Origin: Deltaproteobacteria bacterium
Lineage (GTDB): Bacteria > Desulfobacterota > GWC2-55-46 > UBA9637
Assembly (NCBI GenBank): GCA_016214995.1
Contig: JACRML010000058.1
Coordinates: 4,194 to 68,193 of the forward strand
Direction: 5' to 3'
DNA: 64,000 bases
The stretch's first letter is position 1; each line of letters starts with the position of its first letter. The notes under the pieces were generated by a model. It saw only the letters and a program-made list of their open reading frames with translations. It was not told the origin of the DNA and did no database searches. Of the stretch, positions 1 to 8,169 are shown piece by piece. A program made the position numbers and the translations under genes.

Positions 1-762
1 TTCTCTTATAAAAGACGAATGCGGCATAATTTCAAGGGTTAGGGCAATGGGGCTCTTAGTGTAAGGATTTATTAAAGATATGGCACCGTGGATATTGGCG
101 GAAAATTCTTTGTTGTCCAACCACAGATTTTTGACTTTTATTTTGCAATCTTTTAATTCAGCAGAAAAGGTTGCCTTTGCCTCTTCCCCAAAAGGAATAG
201 AGAAACCTGATATTTTAAACTTCCCAATATCTATATCTTTTCCTTCCATAGTAACAGTCCCGTAGGGACATTCCCCTTGCTGAAATGTTATCTTTATCTT
301 GCCGTTAAATCTTGCGGTTATGGCAGGAGCAGCTGATTCAGGATTAAGGGATGATATGGTTCCTGCATCTATGTTGTTTGCCCAAAGGTTTACATCAGTG
401 TTTTTACCTTTCAGCAGAATATCTCCGCTCAGGCTGCTCTGCCCCTTATTTCCTGCTACAACAATCTTGACCCTGCCCATGAAAAGATAGATTGGATTAA
501 ACTTAACTTGCAGTCTGTCCAGACTGAGGACGGGCTTCTCAAACAGCTCATGAGCAAACGACACCTGCCTCATCTCAATCCCAATGGGCGGTAATAATAG
601 CTTTTTAAATTCTTTTTCTGTGAAAACAAAACCAGTGGTCTCCTGCAGCTCTTTCTTTATTGCATCCTTTATAAAATCTTCAGGAATGGTTAATATCAAT
701 CCATAAAAGAATACAATAATTCCTGCTGCTGCCAGCGAAATAATCTTTATGTATTTCTTCAC
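1..762 (-). CDS. gspN: Type II secretion protein N-like (GspN), C-terminus beyond window edge
   Basis: Hand translation gives an open minus-strand frame from GTG at 762 (AAAGGA about 7 nt upstream) to position 1 with no stops. N-terminal TM helix KKYIKIISLAAAGIIVFFYGLIL. Last gene after gspM. Absent from the ORF track because its stop lies outside the window. Confidence 0.45.
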   Translation of the reverse strand, partial: MKKYIKIISLAAAGIIVFFYGLILTIPEDFIKDAIKKELQETTGFVFTEKEFKKLLLPPIGIEMRQVSFAHELFEKPVLSLDRLQVKFNPIYLFMGRVKIVVAGNKGQSSLSGDILLKGKNTDVNLWANNIDAGTISSLNPESAAPAITARFNGKIKITFQQGECPYGTVTMEGKDIDIGKFKISGFSIPFGEEAKATFSAELKDCKIKVKNLWLDNKEFSANIHGAISLINPYTKSPIALTLEIMPHSSFIRE

Positions 763-822
763 CTGTAAATCCTTTCACACCTCAGGCAGCTAACCAGTAG
801 AAACAGACCTTTAGGTCTGTTA

Positions 823-858
823 CCCCCCCCCAAAAAATGCAACTGCATTTTGGGGGGG
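823..858. repeat. Palindromic hairpin, CCCCAAAAAATGCA-AC-TGCATTTTGGGG family
   Basis: CCCCCCCCAAAAAATGCAACTGCATTTTGGGGGGG between gspN and gspM. Related copies at 1514-1608, 56924-56953 and 63146-63170. Confidence 0.8.
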
Positions 859-933
859 TATAAACGGGCTATCAAAACAGATCTGAAGACCTGCTTCCAC
901 AGCTCGTGATTTTTGGTAGAATTTTTCCCAATT

Positions 934-1491
934 TTATGGTGTCTTTTTTGTCAGGAAGATAATATGCATGGCTATATCTAATAGCGCTGGATTATCAAAA
1001 CGGGCATCTATGGAAATGCTTTTTATCAAAAGCAGGTTCTTATGATTCTCTATCTTATAGAGCAGGTTTACAAGCTGGTTGAGATTTATCCCGTTTACCT
1101 TTACCTCAACTCCGTTCTTCACATAACCCTCTTCTATTTTTTCCTCAACGGGTTTAAAAGATGAAATCTTGTCCTTGATGCCTATACCCCTGCCGATTTC
1201 CTGTATAATAGCGCCTGTTGACCCCTCTGTTTGCGGGGCATATATTTTCTTTTCAATTGTCTCCATCCCCGCCTTTTTCTTAAGCTTCAGATACTCTTCC
1301 CTGACATTATTAAATCTAATCAACTCCTGCTTCTTTAAAGACACCATTTTCTCTACGCTGCCTACCCATTTAACCGCTGCAACAACAGATATAATCAGCG
1401 CAAATACCACTGCTAATCCAGTCAGATAAAATGCAGTCTTATCGCGAAAATCATCAGCTATTTTTCCAATATTCATTGTTGTACGCCTCAA
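934..1491 (-). CDS. gspM: Type II secretion protein M-like (GspM)
   Basis: 185 aa with a single N-terminal TM (AFYLTGLAVVFALIISVVAAV) and a soluble C-domain. Size, topology and position between gspL and gspN fit GspM. Confidence 0.55.
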   Translation of the reverse strand: MRRTTMNIGKIADDFRDKTAFYLTGLAVVFALIISVVAAVKWVGSVEKMVSLKKQELIRFNNVREEYLKLKKKAGMETIEKKIYAPQTEGSTGAIIQEIGRGIGIKDKISSFKPVEEKIEEGYVKNGVEVKVNGINLNQLVNLLYKIENHKNLLLIKSISIDARFDNPALLDIAMHIIFLTKKTP

Positions 1492-1513
1492 AAAAGGATA
1501 TGCAAAAGATTAG

Positions 1514-1608
1514 CCCAAAAAATGCACTGGCATTTTCATCCCCCTTTGTGAGCCTATGGCTCGTGAGGGTTTGCCTCGAAAAATTAAAAGCAACTGCATT
1601 TTTCGGGG
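1514..1608. repeat. Two degenerate copies of the AAAAATGCA..TGCATTTT hairpin family
   Basis: CCCAAAAAATGCACTGGCATTTTCATCCCC and CCTCGAAAAATTAAAAGCAACTGCATTTTTCGGGG between gspM and gspL. Confidence 0.6.
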
Positions 1609-2940
1609 TTAAATGCCTTTATGAATAATTGAGAAGCTGAACGTAACCCCGCCTCCCGGCTTTGTTTTGATATCTGTCAGAGAGACTTCCTGCAAATAAG
1701 AAGCCTTCGCAATCGCATCCTTAAAACCGCCGGCTGCTTCAAACGAATCCGCTTCTCCCTTTGCAATTATCCTTCCCTCTTCCATGTGAATCTTATACAG
1801 TCTTATCCGTACGTGCTTATCAATACCTTTTGCCAACTCCTTCATTACCTCAAGCACAGGCATACCATCGGCAAAAACCTGATTTTCTTTTTTAAGCCCC
1901 TTTAGTTTGGCCTCAAGTTGATATAACGAGTCCACCACATTCGGCTCCCCTGGAAAGAGTCCGAGATAGCCTGCCTTCAACTCTTTCTCTATTTGAACAA
2001 GCTTGCTGCTAAACATCCTGTGCTTCAGATATGCGTTAGCCCCCCACAGGCAAAGCAAGATTGCGGCAAGAATTGCAGCCGCAACCATTCCTCTCTTGGC
2101 TGCGCGGACATCTTTTGCATAGGCGAACTCCCCTTTTCTGAAGTTTATAGTTTGCTTCAGGCCTTCTTCTTTAAGATATGCTGCCAATGCAATGATGCCT
2201 GTCCTTTCCGGATATTCATTTAACATTTGTCCCCAGTTCCGACTGGCTAACGGCAGCAATACATTCTCTTTGCCAGAAACAATATCTGATTTGTCACTTG
2301 CATTGCCGATGCTGTATATCTTTTCTACCTCTATCCCTTCAGTAAAAAGATTTGCGATGGCAAGCTTCAAATCCAGAGCATCTCTTAACTCGCTGAAGAG
2401 ATAAGGCTTCCCGTCTTTAGACACTACGACAGATTCTCTATCAATCAATGCTACTGCAGTGCCGTTGGCAGAAATGTCTTCTAAAAGTTTATGCTTTGAA
2501 AAAATGGCGGAGCCAATCCATGACGGGTCAACATCGGCCTTTTTCAAGATATCCAGATAGTACTGCAAGGTTTTTTTTCCCACAGATACTGCAAGAATCC
2601 TCTGCTCCCCAACAGGCATTGCCTCTATAAACATGTCATCTGTCTTTTCAGGAAGCAGTTCGCTGAGTTCAAACGACAGAACCTCTTTTACCTTTTTATC
2701 ATAAAAGGGCAGGGCAACGACTCTCATACTCACTTGACTGACAGGTATGCCTGCCATAATCATTGTAAAATCTTCATAGCCTTTTCCCCTGATATCCCGC
2801 AAAAGAGAAGAAAGCGCCATGCCAGCATCTCCGTCAATTTGAGAAGTAAAGAATGCCTCTGGTTCTACTTTTTTGGATGAAAATATTCCAGCGTTGACGG
2901 ATTCTCTGCCGAAATCCAGGATCAGAATATGCCTTGCCAT
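1609..2940 (-). CDS. gspL: Type II secretion protein L-like (GspL)
   Basis: 443 aa. Actin-like N-terminal region (ILILDFGRESVNAGIF), central TM (GMVAAAILAAILLCLWGANAYL) and periplasmic C-domain. Stop overlaps the gspK region. Confidence 0.6.
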   Translation of the reverse strand: MARHILILDFGRESVNAGIFSSKKVEPEAFFTSQIDGDAGMALSSLLRDIRGKGYEDFTMIMAGIPVSQVSMRVVALPFYDKKVKEVLSFELSELLPEKTDDMFIEAMPVGEQRILAVSVGKKTLQYYLDILKKADVDPSWIGSAIFSKHKLLEDISANGTAVALIDRESVVVSKDGKPYLFSELRDALDLKLAIANLFTEGIEVEKIYSIGNASDKSDIVSGKENVLLPLASRNWGQMLNEYPERTGIIALAAYLKEEGLKQTINFRKGEFAYAKDVRAAKRGMVAAAILAAILLCLWGANAYLKHRMFSSKLVQIEKELKAGYLGLFPGEPNVVDSLYQLEAKLKGLKKENQVFADGMPVLEVMKELAKGIDKHVRIRLYKIHMEEGRIIAKGEADSFEAAGGFKDAIAKASYLQEVSLTDIKTKPGGGVTFSFSIIHKGI

Positions 2941-3950
2941 TACCTCTCTCTCCAGAATAAAATCTTATGAGCCTGACCTGTCTGAACCACTGCCTCTACC
3001 TCCCTGAGAGTCCCTCCCACATCTGCCTTTGAGAATATCCTGAAAATATTGCTTTTTACAACAATCTTACCCTGAAGGCTGAAACCTATTGTCTCAAAAC
3101 CGGCCACCTTTCTTATGTCTGCAGTATCCTTGAAAGGATTTTCTCTTCTATAATCTAGGACCCTCTGCGCCATATCTTCAGTAATATCATCATGCATAGA
3201 CATTATAACCTCTTTTGGGGCAGTATTTATATTTATGGAGCCGTCAGTATATGTGGTTACAAAAGGAGTAAGTCTTTTATAAGTTGTTGCTGAATAGCCT
3301 TTTATCAATAACAATTCCTCAATGCTGTCCATCGGGCTGTTTTTTGCCGCATATGCAGAAGATAATCTCTGATAGTAATTATAGGTTTCTCCGCCCCCAG
3401 GCCTTATTTCATCATTAATATCTATCCAGTCTGCGGTAGTGTCTGATAGTTCTTTTCCCAATCCAAGATTTTCTAAAAGCCTTGAATAGATATTATAATA
3501 TTCGGTATTGGTTTCGCCATTACTATATACAATAGCGTTAAGAGACACCTTACCATGCTCATCTTCAGCCTTTACGACAAGCGCCTTATTCCCTTCTGCA
3601 AATACCTTGTAGGAGTTTTCTTCATTTAATGCGGTATACGACATGTTCTTCATTATAGCATCTAATCCCATGCCTGCAAATTCTACCCCCCCCTCGGCCA
3701 GAAGGCTTGCCCTCTGTGCGTCTCTGTAAGAGTTGGTCATTGATATGTGGATATGCACGGCGTAGACAATCTCCACTATAACAGCTACAAGGATGGCAGT
3801 TATCAAAAGGGTTATTACAAGGGCAAGACCTTGCTCCTGCTTTGCCCTTGTTGCAGGATAAAAGCTGCAAACAGATTTGACAAACCTTGTTTTTTCCACC
3901 TGAAAATGTAAATTCCAAATCTCAAATCCCAGGTTCCAAATAATATTCAA
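2940..3950 (-). CDS. gspK: Type II secretion minor pseudopilin K (GspK)
   Basis: Hydrophobic pseudopilin-like N-terminus GLALVITLLITAILVAVIVEIVY and a large periplasmic domain (ININTAPKEVIMS). The track start is a TTG inside a repeat. GTG at 3899 is an alternative start. Confidence 0.7.
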   Translation of the reverse strand: MNIIWNLGFEIWNLHFQVEKTRFVKSVCSFYPATRAKQEQGLALVITLLITAILVAVIVEIVYAVHIHISMTNSYRDAQRASLLAEGGVEFAGMGLDAIMKNMSYTALNEENSYKVFAEGNKALVVKAEDEHGKVSLNAIVYSNGETNTEYYNIYSRLLENLGLGKELSDTTADWIDINDEIRPGGGETYNYYQRLSSAYAAKNSPMDSIEELLLIKGYSATTYKRLTPFVTTYTDGSININTAPKEVIMSMHDDITEDMAQRVLDYRRENPFKDTADIRKVAGFETIGFSLQGKIVVKSNIFRIFSKADVGGTLREVEAVVQTGQAHKILFWRER

Positions 3951-4030
3951 TAACCAAAAATCAAAAAGCTGATTGTTGCGATTTGGTTATTGGAATTTAT
4001 TTGGTTACTGGTGTTTGGTAATCGGAATTT
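3911..4030. repeat. Imperfect inverted repeat built of CCAAAT/ATTTGG words (gspJ-gspK spacer)
   Basis: CCAAATAATATTCAATAACCAAAAATC pairs with GATTTGGTTATTGGAATTTATTTGG. Overlaps the predicted 5' end of gspK. Confidence 0.65.
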
Positions 4031-4041
4031 TTATCCTCCCT

Positions 4042-4722
4042 CTACCTTATTCTCGTTCTGACAATTGTTGAAAACTCCCTTACCTCACCCCTGTCTTTAA
4101 CGGCAATTACAACCCTCACAGCCTCAGGGAGTTTCTTTTCAAGGGAACTGTCCCATGTCTTTGCCCAATCCTTTCCGTTAAAATAGCTAACCTCAAAGCC
4201 TTCCACACCTTCAACAACCTCGGCACTGAGTCCATCTTTTCCGTCTCCGGTATATGGATTCCATGTCTTCTTATATAGCGTCAAAACCTCATCTGTATTT
4301 TCTTGAACAGAATACTGTACGGCTAAGAGGTCGCTGACCGGGTAGCCGCCCCGTATGAGAGGATATGTAAAGGCAGTAAATAGAACTTCACTAAAAGGTT
4401 TATTGTAGCTACCCTTTTTCCCACCGGCAAAGATGGTTCTGGAATTATTGTCTTTAAAAAAAGAGGACTGGATTTCCAGAGAAAAGATATCCAAAAACCG
4501 CCTGATTTCCCTCGTCCGCTCCAGTTCATTTTCTATCTTTTCCTGACTGCTCAGTACTGAAAAAAAACTTCCATAAAGGGCTGTGAGTACCACAGACATT
4601 ATTGAAACAGCAATCAGTAGTTCTAATAAAGTAAAACCATTATTAGCGGAATTTGAAATTTGAAATTTGAAATTTGAAATTTTATTTTTTAGTCTCATAT
4701 GTTTCCAGGGTAATCCTTTCAT
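4042..4722 (-). CDS. gspJ: Type II secretion minor pseudopilin J (GspJ)
   Basis: Prepilin N-methylation motif NGFTLLELLIAVSIMSVVLTALYGSF. 226 aa. Confidence 0.7.
   Translation of the reverse strand: MKGLPWKHMRLKNKISNFKFQISNSANNGFTLLELLIAVSIMSVVLTALYGSFFSVLSSQEKIENELERTREIRRFLDIFSLEIQSSFFKDNNSRTIFAGGKKGSYNKPFSEVLFTAFTYPLIRGGYPVSDLLAVQYSVQENTDEVLTLYKKTWNPYTGDGKDGLSAEVVEGVEGFEVSYFNGKDWAKTWDSSLEKKLPEAVRVVIAVKDRGEVREFSTIVRTRIR
4650..4684. repeat. Heptamer array (AATTTGA)x5 in frame in the gspJ leader
   Basis: Encodes ISNFKFQISN. A 32-nt identical string recurs at 34502-34536 inside pdxA. Confidence 0.9.
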
Positions 4723-5263
4723 CCCTTCCCCATGATACAGAAAGGTATACCTTTTTAAGGCCGCTTATCTGTGTATCTTCTGCATCATACTTCCATCGGA
4801 AATTTTCAAATTTAGGCGCAAAATCCCCTTCCTTGTCCTGAAGAATGCCGCCTGTCTTCATCTCCTCCAGTTTTTCCCTTGCCAGCATGGTCGCAATGGT
4901 CATGTCCCTGTCCCTTTCTATAATGCTTAAATGATAATTGAGGCTGCCTAAAATCGTTATAATCACTCCGGATAAAAGCGCAAGCGACACCATTATCTCC
5001 AGCAATGTAAAACCTTTTTCGGATTTCGGATCTGCCTGCGAAGTTATGACCCGAAAAATGCATTTAGTTTTTATTTTTCGGGTCAAACGCAAGATTTGAG
5101 CCAAAGACAAGGAAAAGCTGGCTGGACAAAACGGAGCATACTGTTTTAAGTATGTGAGTATTTGGACAGTTAGCTTTGACGCAGTATTTGGCCAAAGATT
5201 GCGTTTGTAAGAAAATGTTATTGCATTTTCTGGGATGATGCTCTGTATAAAATTTCTAAACAT
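4682..5263 (-). CDS. gspI: Type II secretion minor pseudopilin I (GspI); start uncertain
   Basis: KGFTLLEIMVSLALLSGVIITILG motif and a short mature domain. The 80-aa N-terminal extension of the track ORF reads through the structured element at 5048-5232. Confidence 0.65.
   Translation of the reverse strand: MFRNFIQSIIPENAITFSYKRNLWPNTASKLTVQILTYLKQYAPFCPASFSLSLAQILRLTRKIKTKCIFRVITSQADPKSEKGFTLLEIMVSLALLSGVIITILGSLNYHLSIIERDRDMTIATMLAREKLEEMKTGGILQDKEGDFAPKFENFRWKYDAEDTQISGLKKVYLSVSWGRDERITLETYETKK
5048..5232. repeat. Composite nested-hairpin element (~185 bp) between the gspH stop and the gspI prepilin motif
   Basis: Perfect 12-bp stem GACCCGAAAAAT..ATTTTTCGGGTC. Outer arms CAAACGCAAGATTTGAGCCAAAG / TTTGGCCAAAGATTGCGTTTG enclose an inner CATAC..GTATG hairpin. 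Confidence 0.75.
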
Positions 5264-5858
5264 ATCCCTTCAAAACCTTTACCTTGCCTGAATAGGGGTT
5301 ATAGCCAATTGTCAATAATCGCTGTCCCATTTTCAGATGAATGACAAAAGGTTCAGCCCCAACAATGGGGTTGAATACAACCGCCGCTTCTCCCTCGTTT
5401 ATACGTCCCAAGCTTGAAATGACAACATCTTCCATCTCCACCGATTTCTTCAGGGACAATCCTCTTAAAAGGGGCTCCTGCGATTTATTAAACTCAATCC
5501 CGTCTATAGAGGTTTCTATTTTAAACAACTCCTTTTCAGGATAGAACCAAACCCTGTAATATATTTTTTTTGCAGAGGCAGATTCCTCCAGATAACGCAG
5601 CAGGCCGGCCACGCGTCTGGCCTCTGCGTTAAGGGTATAATCTTCAAAGAAATGGATTTTTGGAAAAACGACAAGAAGGACCGTGCCAAGTATAGCTATT
5701 ACTGACAGAAGTTCTAAAAGGGTGAATCCTGTTTTTGAGTGTGAAAGCTGTAGAAACAGGCCTTTAGACCTGTTAATTCTTAAAATGTAGAAACAGGCCT
5801 TCAGGTCTGTTAACATGGCTAAAGCTATGTTTCTACATTTTCTTGTAAATATGTTCAT
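5256..5858 (-). CDS. gspH: Type II secretion minor pseudopilin H (GspH)
   Basis: TGFTLLELLSVIAILGTVLLVVF prepilin motif. The 44-aa leader is encoded by the hairpin repeats at 5749-5842. Confidence 0.6.
   Translation of the reverse strand: MNIFTRKCRNIALAMLTDLKACFYILRINRSKGLFLQLSHSKTGFTLLELLSVIAILGTVLLVVFPKIHFFEDYTLNAEARRVAGLLRYLEESASAKKIYYRVWFYPEKELFKIETSIDGIEFNKSQEPLLRGLSLKKSVEMEDVVISSLGRINEGEAAVVFNPIVGAEPFVIHLKMGQRLLTIGYNPYSGKVKVLKGYV
5749..5842. repeat. Tandem GTAGAAACAGGCC-loop-GGTCTGTTA hairpins
   Basis: Two copies 37 nt apart plus a related CATGGCTAAAGCTATG unit. Relatives at 795-824 and 7911-7968. Confidence 0.8.
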
Positions 5859-5894
5859 ATAATTCTATCGTAGGCAATTTCCAGCGTGAACTGT

Positions 5895-6362
5895 TTATTC
5901 AATATCCCAATTGCCGATATCTGCATCAAACTTTTCTCCGCCCCTTATGCCGTCTGCGCCGTAAGAAAAAAGGTCATAATCGCCGTGAAGACCTGGAGAT
6001 ATATAAACATATTCTTTCCCCCAGGGGTCTAACGGCACCTTTCTCTTTTCAAGATAACCGCCGTCCCTCCAGCTTTTTGGGATAATGCCAGCCGCAGGTT
6101 TCTCCACCAATGCCATCAGCCCCTGCTCTGTGGACGGATACTGTCCGTTGTCCAGCTTATACATCTTGATTGCGATTTCCAGATTCTTAATCTGCACCTT
6201 TGCCTCTGTAACCTTCGCCTCATCTGCTCTGCCAAGTATTCTCGGTCCGATAATGGCGGCCAGTATACCGAGGATGACAATAACTACCATAAGTTCAATG
6301 AGAGTAAAGCCCCTGCGGCTTTTAATATCAAAATTAAGATATTTGCATCTTAAATCCCGCAT
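5895..6362 (-). CDS. gspG: Type II secretion major pseudopilin G (GspG)
   Basis: RRGFTLIELMVVIVILGILAAII, plus DPWGKEYVY and SYGADG motifs typical of GspG. Confidence 0.9.
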   Translation of the reverse strand: MRDLRCKYLNFDIKSRRGFTLIELMVVIVILGILAAIIGPRILGRADEAKVTEAKVQIKNLEIAIKMYKLDNGQYPSTEQGLMALVEKPAAGIIPKSWRDGGYLEKRKVPLDPWGKEYVYISPGLHGDYDLFSYGADGIRGGEKFDADIGNWDIE

Positions 6363-6469
6363 TATTTTTAAACCTCCTTTTCTACACTTACTTATTGCCT
6401 TTATAGTGAATAACTTAAATAAGTTGACATGGTATTAAGAAATCTTAAATTCTAACCCGGACAAGCCGG

Positions 6470-6625
6470 AAATGACAAATGTTAAAGCTCAAAGTTCAAA
6501 TGAAATCCAAATTTCAAATTACTAAATTTTTGACATTGGGATTTTGACATTCATTTGACATTTGGATTTTGAAATTTGAACTTTATTTGTAATTTGGATT
6601 TTGTCATTTGACATTTCTTGAAAAT
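6470..6625. repeat. Low-complexity multi-arm inverted repeats (CAAAT/GACATT words) in the gspF-gspG spacer
   Basis: AAATGACAAATGT pairs with GTCATTTGACATTT, and GTTCAAATGAAATCCAAATTTCAAATTAC pairs with GTAATTTGGATTTTGTCATTTGAC. Confidence 0.65.
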
Positions 6626-6677
6626 CTTTTCCATTTTACGCAAAATTTCATTTGTAAGATATTGTAGTATAACAGGA

Positions 6678-7892
6678 TTATCTCACTATCTGGTTCAGTT
6701 CAAATATAGGGAGAAGGATTGCCAACACCATAAAACCAACAATCAAACCCATTGCCAATATCAGGAAAGGCTCCAATAAAGAAAGGGTTCTTGCAACTGC
6801 TGTTTCAAAATCCTTTTCGTATGCGCTTGCGGCAGAAAGAAGCAGGATGTCCAGTTTTCCGCTCTTCTCGCCTATTGCGACCATATGCGTCAAAAGGCCG
6901 GGGATAAGGACGGAGCCCTTCAGACTCCCTGAAAGCGGTGCGCCTTCCGTAACATCTGCTATAGCTTTATTTAAAACATCTTCAAATGCCGCATGGCCTA
7001 AAGCCCTTTTGGTCATATTCATTGCCTTGAGAATAGGGACGCCGCTTTCCAGAAGGCTTCCGAGTGTTCTTGCAAAACTGGCGATGTAAAACTTGCCCAA
7101 AACTTCTCCGACCAATGGAAGCCTTAAGACAGCCCTGTCCTTAAATGCCTTAACTGACGGTCTTTTTACAAGCCGGCTAAACCCCAAAATGGATGCCACT
7201 GTAACTGCAATCATAATAGGCCAGTAGTTTCTGAAAAAATCTGCGACCGTAAGAAGAATTACCGTAATTAGCGGCATCGCCTGTTTAGTGTCTTCAAATA
7301 TCTTTGTTATCTTAGGGATTACGAATATAAAAAGAAATGACAAGACACCGAAACCCACTATGGTCATTATGGCTGGATAAATAAGGGCTGTCTTTATCTG
7401 CGCCTGAATCTTTGCACTTGACTCCAGATATTCCGCAAGCCTTTTAAGGACATTATCAAGAGTACCGCTTGCCTCTCCTGCCTCTACCATCCTCCGATAT
7501 ACATCCGGAAATATCTCAGGATGCTCGTCCATTGCTCCGGACAGGGAACTTCCCTCGGATATTCGCTCTCTTACCCTGATGACGGCATCTCTTAAATATC
7601 TGTTCTCCTCTTCACCTATTAGAACCGATAATGCGTCAGAAAGGGCGGCGCCTGATGCGAGAAGTGTTGAAAGGTGGGTAGTTGCTGCGGCAAGTTCGGG
7701 TAATGAGGTGCGGCGGCTCAGCAATCTTAAGATTGCAAACCGCTCAGATTTTTTAGTTGGCGCGGATATTTCTTTTGGATACAGGCCATCCTTCTTAAGC
7801 ATCTGGAGGGCGTTTTTGTTGCTTATGGCCTCAACCTCTCCGGATACCTCTTTGCCAGCAGCATTATAGGCCTTGTATTGGAAGATCGGCAT
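6678..7892 (-). CDS. gspF: Type II secretion inner-membrane platform protein F (GspF)
   Basis: 404 aa with a duplicated GspF/PilC-type domain and three hydrophobic segments. Lies between gspE and gspG. Confidence 0.9.
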   Translation of the reverse strand: MPIFQYKAYNAAGKEVSGEVEAISNKNALQMLKKDGLYPKEISAPTKKSERFAILRLLSRRTSLPELAAATTHLSTLLASGAALSDALSVLIGEEENRYLRDAVIRVRERISEGSSLSGAMDEHPEIFPDVYRRMVEAGEASGTLDNVLKRLAEYLESSAKIQAQIKTALIYPAIMTIVGFGVLSFLFIFVIPKITKIFEDTKQAMPLITVILLTVADFFRNYWPIMIAVTVASILGFSRLVKRPSVKAFKDRAVLRLPLVGEVLGKFYIASFARTLGSLLESGVPILKAMNMTKRALGHAAFEDVLNKAIADVTEGAPLSGSLKGSVLIPGLLTHMVAIGEKSGKLDILLLSAASAYEKDFETAVARTLSLLEPFLILAMGLIVGFMVLAILLPIFELNQIVR

Positions 7893-7910
7893 AAATTTCG
7901 TGCGCTAATT

Positions 7911-8165
7911 GCAGAAACATAGCTTTAGCTATATTGGTTTTAACAGGCCTACATGCCTGTTTCTGCAATTCTAACAGTTTGTTGAAAAACTCAACAAACT
8001 CTGATTGCACAGATAAAAGATTAGATTTCACAGATTAAAACCCATTGAAATATCTGTGTAATCGTTTTTCCTAATCTGTGTAATCAAGGCTGTTGATGCC
8101 TTTTTCAACAGCCTGCTAAATAGTTAATCGTGGAAACACGGTTTCAGCCGTGTCATTTCAGTCTG
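7911..8165. repeat. String of unrelated hairpins filling the gspE-gspF spacer
   Basis: GCAGAAACA..TGTTTCTGC bracket, CAGTTTGTTGAAAAACTCAACAAACTCTG, CACAGAT/ATCTGTG repeats, GGCTGTTGATGCCTTTTTCAACAGCC, and GAAACACGG..CCGTGTCATTTC. Confidence 0.75.
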
Positions 8166-8169
8166 CAAT

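Noticed and set aside
5749-5842. The direct repeats GTAGAAACAGGCCTT.AG..CTGTTAA looked like CRISPR repeats.
   Set aside because: There are only two full copies, separated by 9 nt, which is far too short for spacers. Each is a self-complementary hairpin. They lie inside the gspH 5' region. No cas genes are present, and related single copies are scattered at 795-824 and 7911-7968.
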